From positions 1 through 33,411 of the IMG/VR virus record IMGVR_UViG_3300028585_000052: 33,411 bases of DNA; one strand, given 5' to 3'. Positions 23,514-32,777 of the stretch are shown here, piece after piece. The number at the start of each line of letters is the position of its first letter. Within the stretch, counting starts at the first letter, position 1. The notes under the pieces are model-generated. The model saw nothing but the letters and a program-made list of their open reading frames with translations. It did not search any database and had not been told where the DNA came from. Source of the DNA: a virus. Taxonomy: Duplodnaviria > Caudoviricetes. Position numbers and translations under genes: made by a program.

Positions 23514-23676
23514 TGATCGACTTGTCATCAGGAAGCGATTCAAGAAGTGCTTTTGCTGCATCTGCAACCTTGATTCGCCCCGGAACATCCAGACTTGCGA
23601 TAGCCGTTCCGATTACTTGCAGCGCAGCACAGACGCCTAGCTCGAAGGGTGTCGCCACCCGTTGTTCTTCACTCAT
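23428..23676 (-). CDS. Antisense moron protein (82 aa), function unknown; candidate lysogen-expressed defence factor
   Basis: GGAGG SD before ATG 23676; opposite to late operon; structured upstream region; 3' end overlaps the 23358 gene by 86 bp. Confidence 0.7.
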   Translation of the reverse strand: MSEEQRVATPFELGVCAALQVIGTAIASLDVPGRIKVADAAKALLESLPDDKSIIKDRSAHRLPLESLIAGLLPESSRKPSE

Positions 23677-23697
23677 TCTGACCTCCAGGTCATAAAC

Positions 23698-23749
23698 GCG
23701 CCGAGATTGGCGCAATCCCAGTCCTTGGGCTTGCAGGCAAAGGACTGGG
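23698..23749 (-). promoter_or_regulatory. Two hairpins in the presumed 5' leader of the antisense moron
   Basis: GCGCC-gagatt-GGCGC (23698-23713) and CCCAGTCCTT...AAGGACTGGG (23717-23749). Confidence 0.55.
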
Positions 23750-23824
23750 GTTATCCGTTGCGTGAAGGCAAGAGGCTACTATCGGTGAACGGAATTGCGT
23801 TACTGGTGATTCGTACAGCCCGCT

Positions 23825-23853
23825 TTGGCGCTTCCTGCGGATGGTGGTAGATT
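23825..23853 (+). promoter_or_regulatory. Moron promoter for immunity gene
   Basis: TTGGCG, 17-bp spacer, TAGATT with extended -10 TG. Confidence 0.55.
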
Positions 23854-23879
23854 GCTGCCATTACTCAGGGAGGTTTGGC

Positions 23880-24221
23880 ATGCAAAACGATACCGGTCCA
23901 CTGGGAGTGCTAGTCCTGTTGTTCGTGGGATTTTTGGTCTACTTCATGCCAAGTCTCAACGCGCGTCACCGTCGGCACCCAAATTTCAATTCGATCCTTC
24001 TGTTGAACCTGTTCCTTGGCTGGACGCTAATTGGCTGGGTGGTCTCCATCGTGTGGTCGGCATCCTCCATTCCGCCGATTGAACCAATCAGGGTTCGCCC
24101 TGAGGCTGAGGCTTCTGAGGACAAGTATCAAAAGATAGAGCGGCTCAGCGGGCTAAAAGAGAAAGGCCTGCTCACTGAAACTGAATACGAGGCTGAAAAA
24201 GCCAAAATCTTGCAGAGCTGA
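23880..24221 (+). CDS. Superinfection immunity protein (T4 Imm-like) with C-terminal SHOCT domain
   Basis: YFMPS..A..R.H.N...I.LLNLFLGWTLIGWV...VW motif; ERL..LKEKGLLTE.EYE..K.KIL; GGAGG SD; own promoter and terminator. Confidence 0.88.
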   Translation: MQNDTGPLGVLVLLFVGFLVYFMPSLNARHRRHPNFNSILLLNLFLGWTLIGWVVSIVWSASSIPPIEPIRVRPEAEASEDKYQKIERLSGLKEKGLLTETEYEAEKAKILQS

Positions 24222-24236
24222 ATGCCTGCACAAATG

Positions 24237-24259
24237 ACCCGCTTCGGCGGGTTTTTTTA
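24237..24259 (+). terminator. Intrinsic terminator
   Basis: ACCCGC-ttcg-GCGGGTTTTTTT. Confidence 0.85.
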
Positions 24260-24274
24260 TGCCTGGAGAAAGGT

Positions 24275-27187
24275 ATGGCTCAAACATCGCGCTTGGTTTT
24301 GGAGATTGATAGTCGGGACGCAGAACAGAAAGCTGCGGACACGCGAAAGGCTCTTGAAGAGCTGGAATCACTGGGGATTCCCACCCAGCGATCAATGGCG
24401 AAGGCCGGCAGCGGAATGGAGAACGCGGGCAAGAGCGCCGACAAGGCTACGAAATCTTTCGCTTCAGAGCGCAACGAAATCGAATCGCTCCTTGGTCAAA
24501 TCGATCCGCTCACAAAAAAATTTGGGGAGCTTGATCGCCAAGAACGAGAGCTGGCTCGTCATCGCGCTTCCGGCACCCTAGACCTCGATACCTACACCGA
24601 TTATCAGTCCAAAATCAGTGCGACACGCGCCGAGCTCGCCCGCTTCAACGACTCCATGACTCGAACAGGCAACACCTCAAAGCAGACGGCCGCCGCAATG
24701 AGAATGCTGCCTGCTCAATTTTCCGATATTTTCGTCTCGCTTCAAGGGGGGCAGGCACCGCTCACCGTCTTCCTGCAACAAGGCGCTCAAATCAAAGACT
24801 CGTTTGGCGGGATCGGCGCAGCTTCCAAGGCGTTGGGCGGCTACATCATGAGCCTAGTGAATCCATTCACCGTTGCGGCATCGGCGGCGGGCGCGCTGGC
24901 ACTGGTGTATTACGATGCCGAAAAAGAGGTCAGCGCCTTCAATAAGGCTTTGTTTTCAGGCTCGGCGAGCTCTGGACAGACCTCAGCGAGTCTTTCGAAG
25001 GTCTCAAAGGACACAGCAACAATCACCGGCAACTTATCTCAGGCCAAAGACGCCGTGGTAGCGCTAGCCGCAAGCAGCGGGCTCAGCCAGGTCCAGTTCA
25101 AAAATCTGGCCGAGGCATCAGCATCAATTTCAGAGTTCACTGGGAAGGGTGCAGGTGAGGTTGCCAAGTCTCTTGGAGATATGGGTGACAACGCCACCAA
25201 GGCGGCTGAAAAGATCAGCGCGCAGTATGGTTTGCTCACATCTGCCCAGTACGAGGTGATCGTCGGGCTGGACAACCAAGGCAAAAAACAGGAGGCGCTT
25301 GATTCGCTCAGTGAGTCGCTGAATCAAAATGCCCAAGAGCGTCTGAAGAAATACCGCGAGTCTCTTTCGGAAATCGAGAGGGACTGGAATGACATTGGTA
25401 CTGCGATCAGCAATGCTTACTCCAACGTCAAAAGCTCACTATTCCCAGATCTGAATCAGGAGATTGCGAATCTGGAGAAGGTGCTGGAGGGCCGCAAATC
25501 GGGTGGATTTCTTTCGAGCTTCTTCAGCGATGAACTCGGTCCGAACAGCCAGTCGACAAAATTCATTGAGGCTCAGCTCAAGTCGCTGAAGCAGCAACGA
25601 GACGTGGCAGCGTCAAAAGCCGAAATTGACGCCGCAGCAACTCGTCAGAATCAGGACCGCATCGCCGCTGAGAGCAAATGGAATGCTCTGGCGAAAAAGG
25701 AGCTTGGCGATCAGGCAAAGCTGGCGAAGGACATCGCCGACGCGAGAAGGCTTGGCGTAGAGGCAGGCAGGTCGCAGGCAGAAATCGACAAGGTCGTTGC
25801 CGACATTCAGGCCAAGTTCGACAAAAGCCAAGCGAAACCGAAGGCTGTAACCGAAGACGCTGGTCAGCGGATGCTTGACGAAGCCCGGCAGCGCTACGCA
25901 GTTCTTCAGCAGCAGAACTCACTCATCGGCAGCCAAGCCGACGGAACAAAGTCGCTCGGCACCGAGGCCAAAAAGCTGCTCGAGCTGGAACAGCAAATCG
26001 CCGACCTCAAAGACAAGAAAACGCTCACTGCCGCACAGAAGCAGATCCTCGCCATGGCGGACCTCAATCTGGCGCAGCAGAAGCAAAACGCTTCACTGGA
26101 AAAGCAGACTGAGCTGTTAGCCACTGCAGCCGAGCAGCGACAAAAGCTCGCAGCGTTTCAGGAAAACCTGCAATCGCAGCTGAAGACCGCCCAGACCGGT
26201 TTGGACAACGATTTGGCAGGCCTCGGAATGGGCGATCAGCAGCGTCAGCGGTTGAAGGAGCAGCTGAGCATCCAACAGTCGTATCAGTCGCAAATGGATC
26301 GGCTCACCTACGACTACAACAAGAGCGACAGGTCCGCCGGCAAGACCGATCTGTACAACCAGCAGACCGAAGCACTCCGCTCAGCGTTGCAAACCCGCCT
26401 CGCGATGCAGCAGCAGTATTACTCGGACGTGGACAAAGCCCAGTCGGACTGGTCGCTCGGCGCTTCATCGGCGTTTCAAACCTACTCCGAGCAGGCTCGC
26501 GACGTCGCAGGCCAGACCCGCAACCTGTTCACCAACGCCTTCAGCAACATGGAAGACGGCATTATCCAGTTCGTGAAGACCGGCAAGCTGTCGTTCAAAG
26601 ATCTGGCGGACGGCATCATCGCCGACCTGATCCGCATCCAGGTGCGGCAGGCGGCGGTGGGCATCTTCGGCACGATCTTCAGCGGGCTGACCGCCGGGGG
26701 CGCTGCTGCCGGCAACGGCCTCGCCGCTGGTTCCGCCGGCGCAACATCCTCCACGCTCGGCGCATCTGCTGCCGGATACGGCTCGAAGTTCGGATTCTCC
26801 GACGGCGGCTATACCGGCGACGGCGGTAAGTTCGAGCCGAAAGGCGTTGTGCACGGCGGCGAGTTCGTTGTCCGCAAGGAAGCGGTGAGCCAGCCCGGCG
26901 CTCGGGAATTCCTCGAGCGCATGAACGCGAACGCCAAAGGCTACGCAGATGGCGGCTACGTTGGCGCCACCGCTGCGGCATCGACCTCCAATGTCGTCCC
27001 GATCTCGTCGGGCTCGTCCACTGCGCCGGTCATCCGGCAGAGCTTCAGCTTCCAAGGCACGCCAGATGACGCCACCGTCAACATGGTGCGCGAGGCGGCA
27101 ATGCAGGGTGCGAAGGGCGGCTACGAGCTGGTCGTGCGCGACCTGAAAATGAACGGAACCATCCGCCAGCTGATCGCGCGGCGCTAA
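24275..27187 (+). CDS. Tail tape measure protein (lambda family)
   Basis: 970 aa helical; LPAQFSDIFVSLQGGQAPL.V.LQQG.QIKD; F.KTGKLSFK; GGYTG.GGK.EP.G.VH.GEFV motifs. Confidence 0.95.
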   Translation: MAQTSRLVLEIDSRDAEQKAADTRKALEELESLGIPTQRSMAKAGSGMENAGKSADKATKSFASERNEIESLLGQIDPLTKKFGELDRQERELARHRASGTLDLDTYTDYQSKISATRAELARFNDSMTRTGNTSKQTAAAMRMLPAQFSDIFVSLQGGQAPLTVFLQQGAQIKDSFGGIGAASKALGGYIMSLVNPFTVAASAAGALALVYYDAEKEVSAFNKALFSGSASSGQTSASLSKVSKDTATITGNLSQAKDAVVALAASSGLSQVQFKNLAEASASISEFTGKGAGEVAKSLGDMGDNATKAAEKISAQYGLLTSAQYEVIVGLDNQGKKQEALDSLSESLNQNAQERLKKYRESLSEIERDWNDIGTAISNAYSNVKSSLFPDLNQEIANLEKVLEGRKSGGFLSSFFSDELGPNSQSTKFIEAQLKSLKQQRDVAASKAEIDAAATRQNQDRIAAESKWNALAKKELGDQAKLAKDIADARRLGVEAGRSQAEIDKVVADIQAKFDKSQAKPKAVTEDAGQRMLDEARQRYAVLQQQNSLIGSQADGTKSLGTEAKKLLELEQQIADLKDKKTLTAAQKQILAMADLNLAQQKQNASLEKQTELLATAAEQRQKLAAFQENLQSQLKTAQTGLDNDLAGLGMGDQQRQRLKEQLSIQQSYQSQMDRLTYDYNKSDRSAGKTDLYNQQTEALRSALQTRLAMQQQYYSDVDKAQSDWSLGASSAFQTYSEQARDVAGQTRNLFTNAFSNMEDGIIQFVKTGKLSFKDLADGIIADLIRIQVRQAAVGIFGTIFSGLTAGGAAAGNGLAAGSAGATSSTLGASAAGYGSKFGFSDGGYTGDGGKFEPKGVVHGGEFVVRKEAVSQPGAREFLERMNANAKGYADGGYVGATAAASTSNVVPISSGSSTAPVIRQSFSFQGTPDDATVNMVREAAMQGAKGGYELVVRDLKMNGTIRQLIARR

Positions 27188-27206
27188 GCAATCTAAGGAG
27201 TACTGC

Positions 27207-27791
27207 ATGGCTCTCACGTGGCCGGCCTCGCTGCGCCCGTCAGAAATGACGTGGGGCATCGTCAACAACAGCAGGGCGTTCACCTCGACGCTCTCGAATG
27301 CCCAGCAGATCGTCGGCTACCCGGGCGCTTACTGGCAGTGCACCTTGACCTTCGGACTACTCACCAGAGCCCAAGAGCGCGAGCTGTCGGCGTTTCTCGG
27401 CCGGCTGGATGGGATGTTCGGCACCTTCAACCTGCCGGCCTTCACCCGCAGGCGCACCAACAGCGTCGGCGCGCTCTCCGTGGTCACCGGCAACGCGCAA
27501 GCGCGGTCGATGGTCATCGGCGGCGCGCCGGCGAATGCTGCTGTGTTCGCTGCTGGCGACTACATCACCATCGCGGGCGAGATGTTCGAGATAACCGATG
27601 CAGCGTTAGCGAATGCGCAGGGCAGGGTGACGGTGTCGCTCAACAAGCGGATCCGCAGGACACTCACGGCCGGCACCGCCGTCGAGTACCTCAACCCATA
27701 TTCCGAAATGCGCATGACCACTGACACCTGGGCGATGTCCGTAAAGCCGGTCATCGCGAACGGCAGCTACCAATTCAGGGAGGCGTTCTGA
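27207..27791 (+). CDS. Distal tail (Dit-like) / minor tail protein
   Basis: Directly after tape measure; WP..L.P, F.S..S...Q, AFL..L.G..G.F, terminal F.EA. Confidence 0.75.
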   Translation: MALTWPASLRPSEMTWGIVNNSRAFTSTLSNAQQIVGYPGAYWQCTLTFGLLTRAQERELSAFLGRLDGMFGTFNLPAFTRRRTNSVGALSVVTGNAQARSMVIGGAPANAAVFAAGDYITIAGEMFEITDAALANAQGRVTVSLNKRIRRTLTAGTAVEYLNPYSEMRMTTDTWAMSVKPVIANGSYQFREAF

Positions 27792-28393
27792 TGCCATCAG
27801 CATTCCCGTTCAGCCAGAGCGTGGTGAACATCATTGCGACAGGCCGCTTCATGCCGGTGTATGCCGTGCAGCTCGATTTCGTCGACGGCATGGTCTTCGC
27901 GCACACCGGTACCGGTGACTTGGTGATCGACGGCATCACCTACCTCGGCGTGGGCAATTTCGGCCAGGTGAGCCAGTCGCAGGAGAGTGACAACTCCGGA
28001 TCGCCAATGTCGGTCGAGCTGACACTCAGCGGCCTGGATGCCTACATCCTTTCCGAAACCAACGTCCGAGGCTGTCGTGGGCGAATGGCCAAAGTCATGT
28101 TCGTGGTGTTCGACGAGGCCGGCAACTACGCGGCGGACATTCTGTTCTCTGGTCGCATGGACGCAGCCAAGTTCTCTTTCGCCGGCAATGGCGAGGACGG
28201 CAACAGCATTACTGTCCCGGTTATCGATCGTATGGCCGAGTGGAGCCGCACCGGGACCGAGCGATTCACCGACGAAAACCACCGCGCGCGCCATCAGGGC
28301 GACCGGTTCTTCTACGCCATCGCCCAAATGTCCGAGTGGCCCATTTACTGGGGCTCGAAGAAGGACGCACCGACATTCACCTATGGAAGCTAG
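27791..28393 (+). CDS. Minor tail tip protein (gpL analogue)
   Basis: G..Y.G.G..G, L.LSG, LF.GRMD, GD.FF, I.WG motifs. Confidence 0.75.
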   Translation: MPSAFPFSQSVVNIIATGRFMPVYAVQLDFVDGMVFAHTGTGDLVIDGITYLGVGNFGQVSQSQESDNSGSPMSVELTLSGLDAYILSETNVRGCRGRMAKVMFVVFDEAGNYAADILFSGRMDAAKFSFAGNGEDGNSITVPVIDRMAEWSRTGTERFTDENHRARHQGDRFFYAIAQMSEWPIYWGSKKDAPTFTYGS

Positions 28394-28395
28394 CC

Positions 28396-28794
28396 ATGCG
28401 CTACCGAGACTGGACAACCCGTCTGAACGAAACGATCAAGGCCGCCCAAGAGCGGCCTTTTTCATGGGGCGAATTTGACTGCTGCCTGTTCGCAGCCGAC
28501 TGCACGGCTTCGGTGTGTGGTGTCGATCCGGCGGATAACTATCGCGGCAAGTACACGACGGAGACCGGTGCGAAGCGGCAGTTGAAGAAGCAGCACGGCA
28601 GCCTTGAGGCGGCGTGGGATACACACTTTGCCCGGGTGCCGCTGCCGTTCATCCAGCGCGGTGACGTCGTGCTGTACGACGCGCCCGGCGGACGAAGCAT
28701 GGCCGTGTTTTGGGCGGGAGATTACTGGGCGGCGACCGATGACGGTGCTGCTCGAGTTGAGTGCGAGCCACTGGCCGCGTGGAGAATTGAATGA
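28396..28794 (+). CDS. NlpC/P60-like tail assembly protein (gpK analogue)
   Basis: PFSWGEFDCCLFAAD...G.DP and QRGDVV motifs; start set at ATG 28396. Confidence 0.8.
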   Translation: MRYRDWTTRLNETIKAAQERPFSWGEFDCCLFAADCTASVCGVDPADNYRGKYTTETGAKRQLKKQHGSLEAAWDTHFARVPLPFIQRGDVVLYDAPGGRSMAVFWAGDYWAATDDGAARVECEPLAAWRIE

Positions 28795-31745
28795 GCGGCG
28801 GCGTTAAAAAACTTGCATCGGTCGTCATTGGCGCGGTGGTTGGTTTTGCCCAGGGCGGACCATGGGGTGCGGTTGCAGGCGCAGCGCTTGCCTTTTACGC
28901 CGCCGAGCAGCAGGAAAAGCTCAACACGAAGTCGCCTCTGCGTGACAACGAGCCGTCCGCCCAGACCGTACGCTCTTCGAAGGCGCCGGTGCGCTTCATC
29001 CTTGGGCGCGTTTCCACCGGCGGCGTACTGGTATGGGCGCAGGAGCAGACCGGCGCTCAGGGTGAGGGTGAATGGCTCCACCTGGTGTACGTGCTGTGCG
29101 AGGGGGCGATCGATGCCCTCGAAAACATCTACCTCGGCGAGGAAGAGATCGGCGCATTCGGACCGCTGGCCAGCTACGAGCTGGTCGTCAATCCGACTCA
29201 AGTGAACGCGTTCCTGAAGGCCAACTGCCCCGACTGGAAAGACTCGCAGATCGGACGCGGCTTGTCCTATGTGCGGGTTTCCCTCCGTTACAGCGCAGAG
29301 AAGTTTCCATCGGGCATCCCTGACACGCGTTTTGTGGTTCGCGGGCGGAATGATATTTACGATCCGCGCACCGGGGCGGCGGGTTATAGCGCGAACACTG
29401 CGTTACACCTGCTCTGGTTCCTGCGCAACCGCTGCAACGTGCCGGACGATGAAATCGTCTTCGAGACCTTCGCCAGCGCTGCCAACGTCTGCGACGAAGG
29501 CGTAACCAATGCCGACGGCTCGACGAGCCAGCGGTATCGCACCGGCTGTGTAATCGGTGCGGACGAGCAGCGCACCGGCGTTCTCCAGAAGCTGGAAGCA
29601 GCGTCGGGCGGCCATCTGATCCGTGTTGGCGGCCGCTGGATGTTCCAGGCTGGCGCCTATTACGGCCCGTACGACTTCGAGATCACCGAGGACATGGTGA
29701 TCGGCACAGTCACCGGCAGCACTGAGCCAACCAATGACACCGCAATCAACACCGTGCGCGGCACGTTCATCGATCCGGAACAGTCCTGGACCGAGACGGA
29801 TTACCCGGAAGTCAGCGTAGCCGAATGGATCGTTGAGGACGGAGGTGAGGCGGCGGAGACGCTGACCTATTCCTATGTCTCCGATCCCTATCAGGCTCAG
29901 CGCCTGGCGAACATGGAACTGCGCCGGCGCCGCGCTGGTGGCGCTATCAGCATCCCGATGAACTTCGCCGGATACAACTGCAGGCCTGGCCGCGTGGTTC
30001 GCGTGAACCTGCCATCGCTGAACATCCTTGGCGAGTTCATCGTCTCCGACTGGTCGATGGGCGATCGCGAGGGCTGCACGGTTCAGGTCAAGCAGTACGA
30101 GCCTGCGATCTTCGACGACGCTGTCGGCCAGCCGTACAACCCGATCGGCTTCATCAATCTGCCTTCCGGCGGACTGGGCACGCCCACGAATCTCGCGTGG
30201 ACGCAGGACACCACGGCCGAGGTGACGCAGGGCGTTCTATCGTGGACGCCTCCTGCAGGAGTGGTGAAGGAGTACATCGTCATCGTCCGGCAGGGCGCGA
30301 CCGCGATTCAGTCGCACAACGTGCCTGCTACATCGACGGAATGCGCCATCAATGGCTTGCCGTCCGGCAACTACACCATGAGCGTGGCGGCCGCCGGCCC
30401 CATGGCGCGTTCAGGTGAGGTGACGATCACCGTTAGCATCAACGGCCCGCCCATCCCGGAAAGCTGCGTCGTGCAGTCTTCGATCGACAACATCGTGCTG
30501 ATTCCGAGCAACCCGCAGAACGGGCTGAACGGCGGCACGTACGAGTACTTCTTCAGTACTTCGCCGAACGCAACCTCGGACGACGCCGAGTATCTCGGTC
30601 AGGGGCTGTCTTTCACGCACACGGGGCTGGGCTTCTGGACGAACTATTACTATTTCGTTCGCTCATCCAATGCGTACGGGAAAAGCTCTTTCCTGTTCGT
30701 TCCGGCCCAGACCTCAAACGATGTTTCGGCATACCTGGCCGCCATGGCGGGAAAAGTTGGACGCACGGAACTGGGGCAGGACATTGTCGATGAGATCGAC
30801 AAAATCCCTGGCCTTCAGGATCAGATCGATGATCTGTCAAACCCGATGCTTTACGAGAAGACAGATGCATATCTGACTGGAGCTGTCGTTTATCAGGGGG
30901 ATCGTCTGTATCGGGCCAAGCAGGACGTTCCCGCCGAGCCAAGCGGAGCCAACGCGCCACCGAACACAACCTACTGGGAAGACATTGGCCAGATTTTGCA
31001 GGAGGCAAACGCGCTGGCCGCGCAGGTATCCGAGAACACGCTGAATATAGACCAGCAGGGGGACCAACTTAGCGCACAGGCATCAAAGCTGGATGGCGTG
31101 TATGTCCAAGTGAACCCGGCGCTGGCTGGTGACACGACGGGCTTTGCGGGATCAGATCAGGTCTACATCGGTGTCTGGTCAGAGCAGTCGGCGCGGCTTG
31201 AGGACGGCGTTGCCACTGCCCGTCGTGTTGACACAGTGCAGGCGGAAGTCAACAAAAACAGCGCCACCGTCCAAACGGTGAGCCAGTCCGTCGCGACTCT
31301 GGATGGCAAGGTATCTACAAGCTGGTCGGTGAAGATGCAGGTGGCTGCGAACGGTCAGTACGTAGTGGCAGGGGTTGGCCTCGGGATTGAAAATGGACCC
31401 GCAGGCCTTCAGAGCCAGTTCCTTGTCAGTGCCGACCGATTCGCGATAGTAAATTCCATCGCAGGCGGAGCCATAACTATTCCATTTGCGGTGGAAGGCG
31501 GGCAGGTATTCGTCGACAGTCTGCTGGTTAAAGACGGCTCCATCGTTAATGCGAAAATAGGCGCATTCATCCAATCCGATAACTATGTATCGGGCGTCCA
31601 AGGCTGGCGGCTGGATAAACTTGGAAACCTTGAGTTCAATGGGCCGGCGCCTGGCGGAGGGCGATTAACAATGACTAACCGGGCGATCAAGGTGTTTGAC
31701 CAAAACGGAGTTAAACGGGTGCAGCTTGGAGATCTCGACGCATGA
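28791..31745 (+). CDS. Host specificity / central tail tip protein J
   Basis: 984 aa; tail hub N-terminus, FnIII-like repeats, CBM-like insert, DUF1983-like C-terminus (AGVGLGIEN...SQFLVSADRFA; IQSDNYV.G..GW.LDK.G.LEFN). Confidence 0.93.
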   Translation: MSGGVKKLASVVIGAVVGFAQGGPWGAVAGAALAFYAAEQQEKLNTKSPLRDNEPSAQTVRSSKAPVRFILGRVSTGGVLVWAQEQTGAQGEGEWLHLVYVLCEGAIDALENIYLGEEEIGAFGPLASYELVVNPTQVNAFLKANCPDWKDSQIGRGLSYVRVSLRYSAEKFPSGIPDTRFVVRGRNDIYDPRTGAAGYSANTALHLLWFLRNRCNVPDDEIVFETFASAANVCDEGVTNADGSTSQRYRTGCVIGADEQRTGVLQKLEAASGGHLIRVGGRWMFQAGAYYGPYDFEITEDMVIGTVTGSTEPTNDTAINTVRGTFIDPEQSWTETDYPEVSVAEWIVEDGGEAAETLTYSYVSDPYQAQRLANMELRRRRAGGAISIPMNFAGYNCRPGRVVRVNLPSLNILGEFIVSDWSMGDREGCTVQVKQYEPAIFDDAVGQPYNPIGFINLPSGGLGTPTNLAWTQDTTAEVTQGVLSWTPPAGVVKEYIVIVRQGATAIQSHNVPATSTECAINGLPSGNYTMSVAAAGPMARSGEVTITVSINGPPIPESCVVQSSIDNIVLIPSNPQNGLNGGTYEYFFSTSPNATSDDAEYLGQGLSFTHTGLGFWTNYYYFVRSSNAYGKSSFLFVPAQTSNDVSAYLAAMAGKVGRTELGQDIVDEIDKIPGLQDQIDDLSNPMLYEKTDAYLTGAVVYQGDRLYRAKQDVPAEPSGANAPPNTTYWEDIGQILQEANALAAQVSENTLNIDQQGDQLSAQASKLDGVYVQVNPALAGDTTGFAGSDQVYIGVWSEQSARLEDGVATARRVDTVQAEVNKNSATVQTVSQSVATLDGKVSTSWSVKMQVAANGQYVVAGVGLGIENGPAGLQSQFLVSADRFAIVNSIAGGAITIPFAVEGGQVFVDSLLVKDGSIVNAKIGAFIQSDNYVSGVQGWRLDKLGNLEFNGPAPGGGRLTMTNRAIKVFDQNGVKRVQLGDLDA

Positions 31746-32092
31746 GTTATGGCGCAAGGGTCTGGGACGGTAATGGCAATCTCGCCATGGACACCAACAG
31801 CTTTACCTACCAGATCATCTGGCAGGGCGTGATTGATTTCAGCGGGTCCGTACCCAGCTATACAATCGCTATCCCCGGCTTCAACCCGGCGAACTGCGTG
31901 TTTATGATCATCCCGACGAGGGCACAGGACGTGCAGCCATCCGAGAATGACTCGTCGGGAAATCTCAGGTCCTACCCTTACGTGACGACAGCTGTCGGTC
32001 AGGTTGTGGTCTTGCCGAAAAACCCATCTGCTACAACGGGGCTGCAGTCGAAAGTTGTTTCGAAGGCCTATGCCATAAGGTTCGCCACATGA
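31742..32092 (+). CDS. Tail tip accessory protein
   Basis: MSYGARVWD.NGNL..D start typical of genes after J; ATGA coupling. Confidence 0.75.
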   Translation: MSYGARVWDGNGNLAMDTNSFTYQIIWQGVIDFSGSVPSYTIAIPGFNPANCVFMIIPTRAQDVQPSENDSSGNLRSYPYVTTAVGQVVVLPKNPSATTGLQSKVVSKAYAIRFAT

Positions 32093-32751
32093 GCTTCGGA
32101 TTTCAGAGCATCAATGACAACGCCTTTGTGCAGATCGACTCAGAAGCGCCGCGCCTATGCATGCTTTCAAGGGGGTCTTATGCAGGCGTGGCCAATGCGA
32201 CTGCTACATTTTCTAGATCTGTGACCAGTCAGGATCCTCCGCTGGTGTTCATCCGCCCAGATCAGACCGGAGTTATTCAGGTGCCGTATTCGGTTTGGTT
32301 CACGGGCGGTCCGGGAAATTGGACCGGTTTCTCGATGAATGCCTCGAAGGTCAATGAGTCGCTTAGCGGGCAGTACTTCGTCGCGGCATGGGCATCAATG
32401 GGTACATCCACCTACGGACTGCGCCTATGGGATGCGAGCGGCGTTCTTTGCTACGACAGCGGTGCGCCGGCAGTCGTGGTCACCTTTGCGGCGGGCAACT
32501 GGACCTATCTTGGCGTGGAACAACTCGCTGTCAGTCAGCGCTATATCTGGGGTATCGCCAAAGCCATGGGCGTGGGCGAATACGTTTCCATCAATCCTTT
32601 CACCATGACTTGCCACAACAACTCTTCAGGCGGCAGTTGCGCATTGGGCGTCGACTACGCGAACAACCGAATTCTGATGTACAGCCTCGCCTCGAACGCC
32701 TGGACGGACCAGGGGCACCGACCATTTCTTTGCGCCAAATTGCTGGCCTGA
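32089..32751 (+). CDS. Tail tip accessory protein
   Basis: MSFG...IND...VQIDSE and YGLRLWD..G...YDSG motifs. Confidence 0.75.
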   Translation: MSFGFQSINDNAFVQIDSEAPRLCMLSRGSYAGVANATATFSRSVTSQDPPLVFIRPDQTGVIQVPYSVWFTGGPGNWTGFSMNASKVNESLSGQYFVAAWASMGTSTYGLRLWDASGVLCYDSGAPAVVVTFAAGNWTYLGVEQLAVSQRYIWGIAKAMGVGEYVSINPFTMTCHNNSSGGSCALGVDYANNRILMYSLASNAWTDQGHRPFLCAKLLA

Positions 32752-32777
32752 AGAGACCAACGATATAAAGGAAAACC

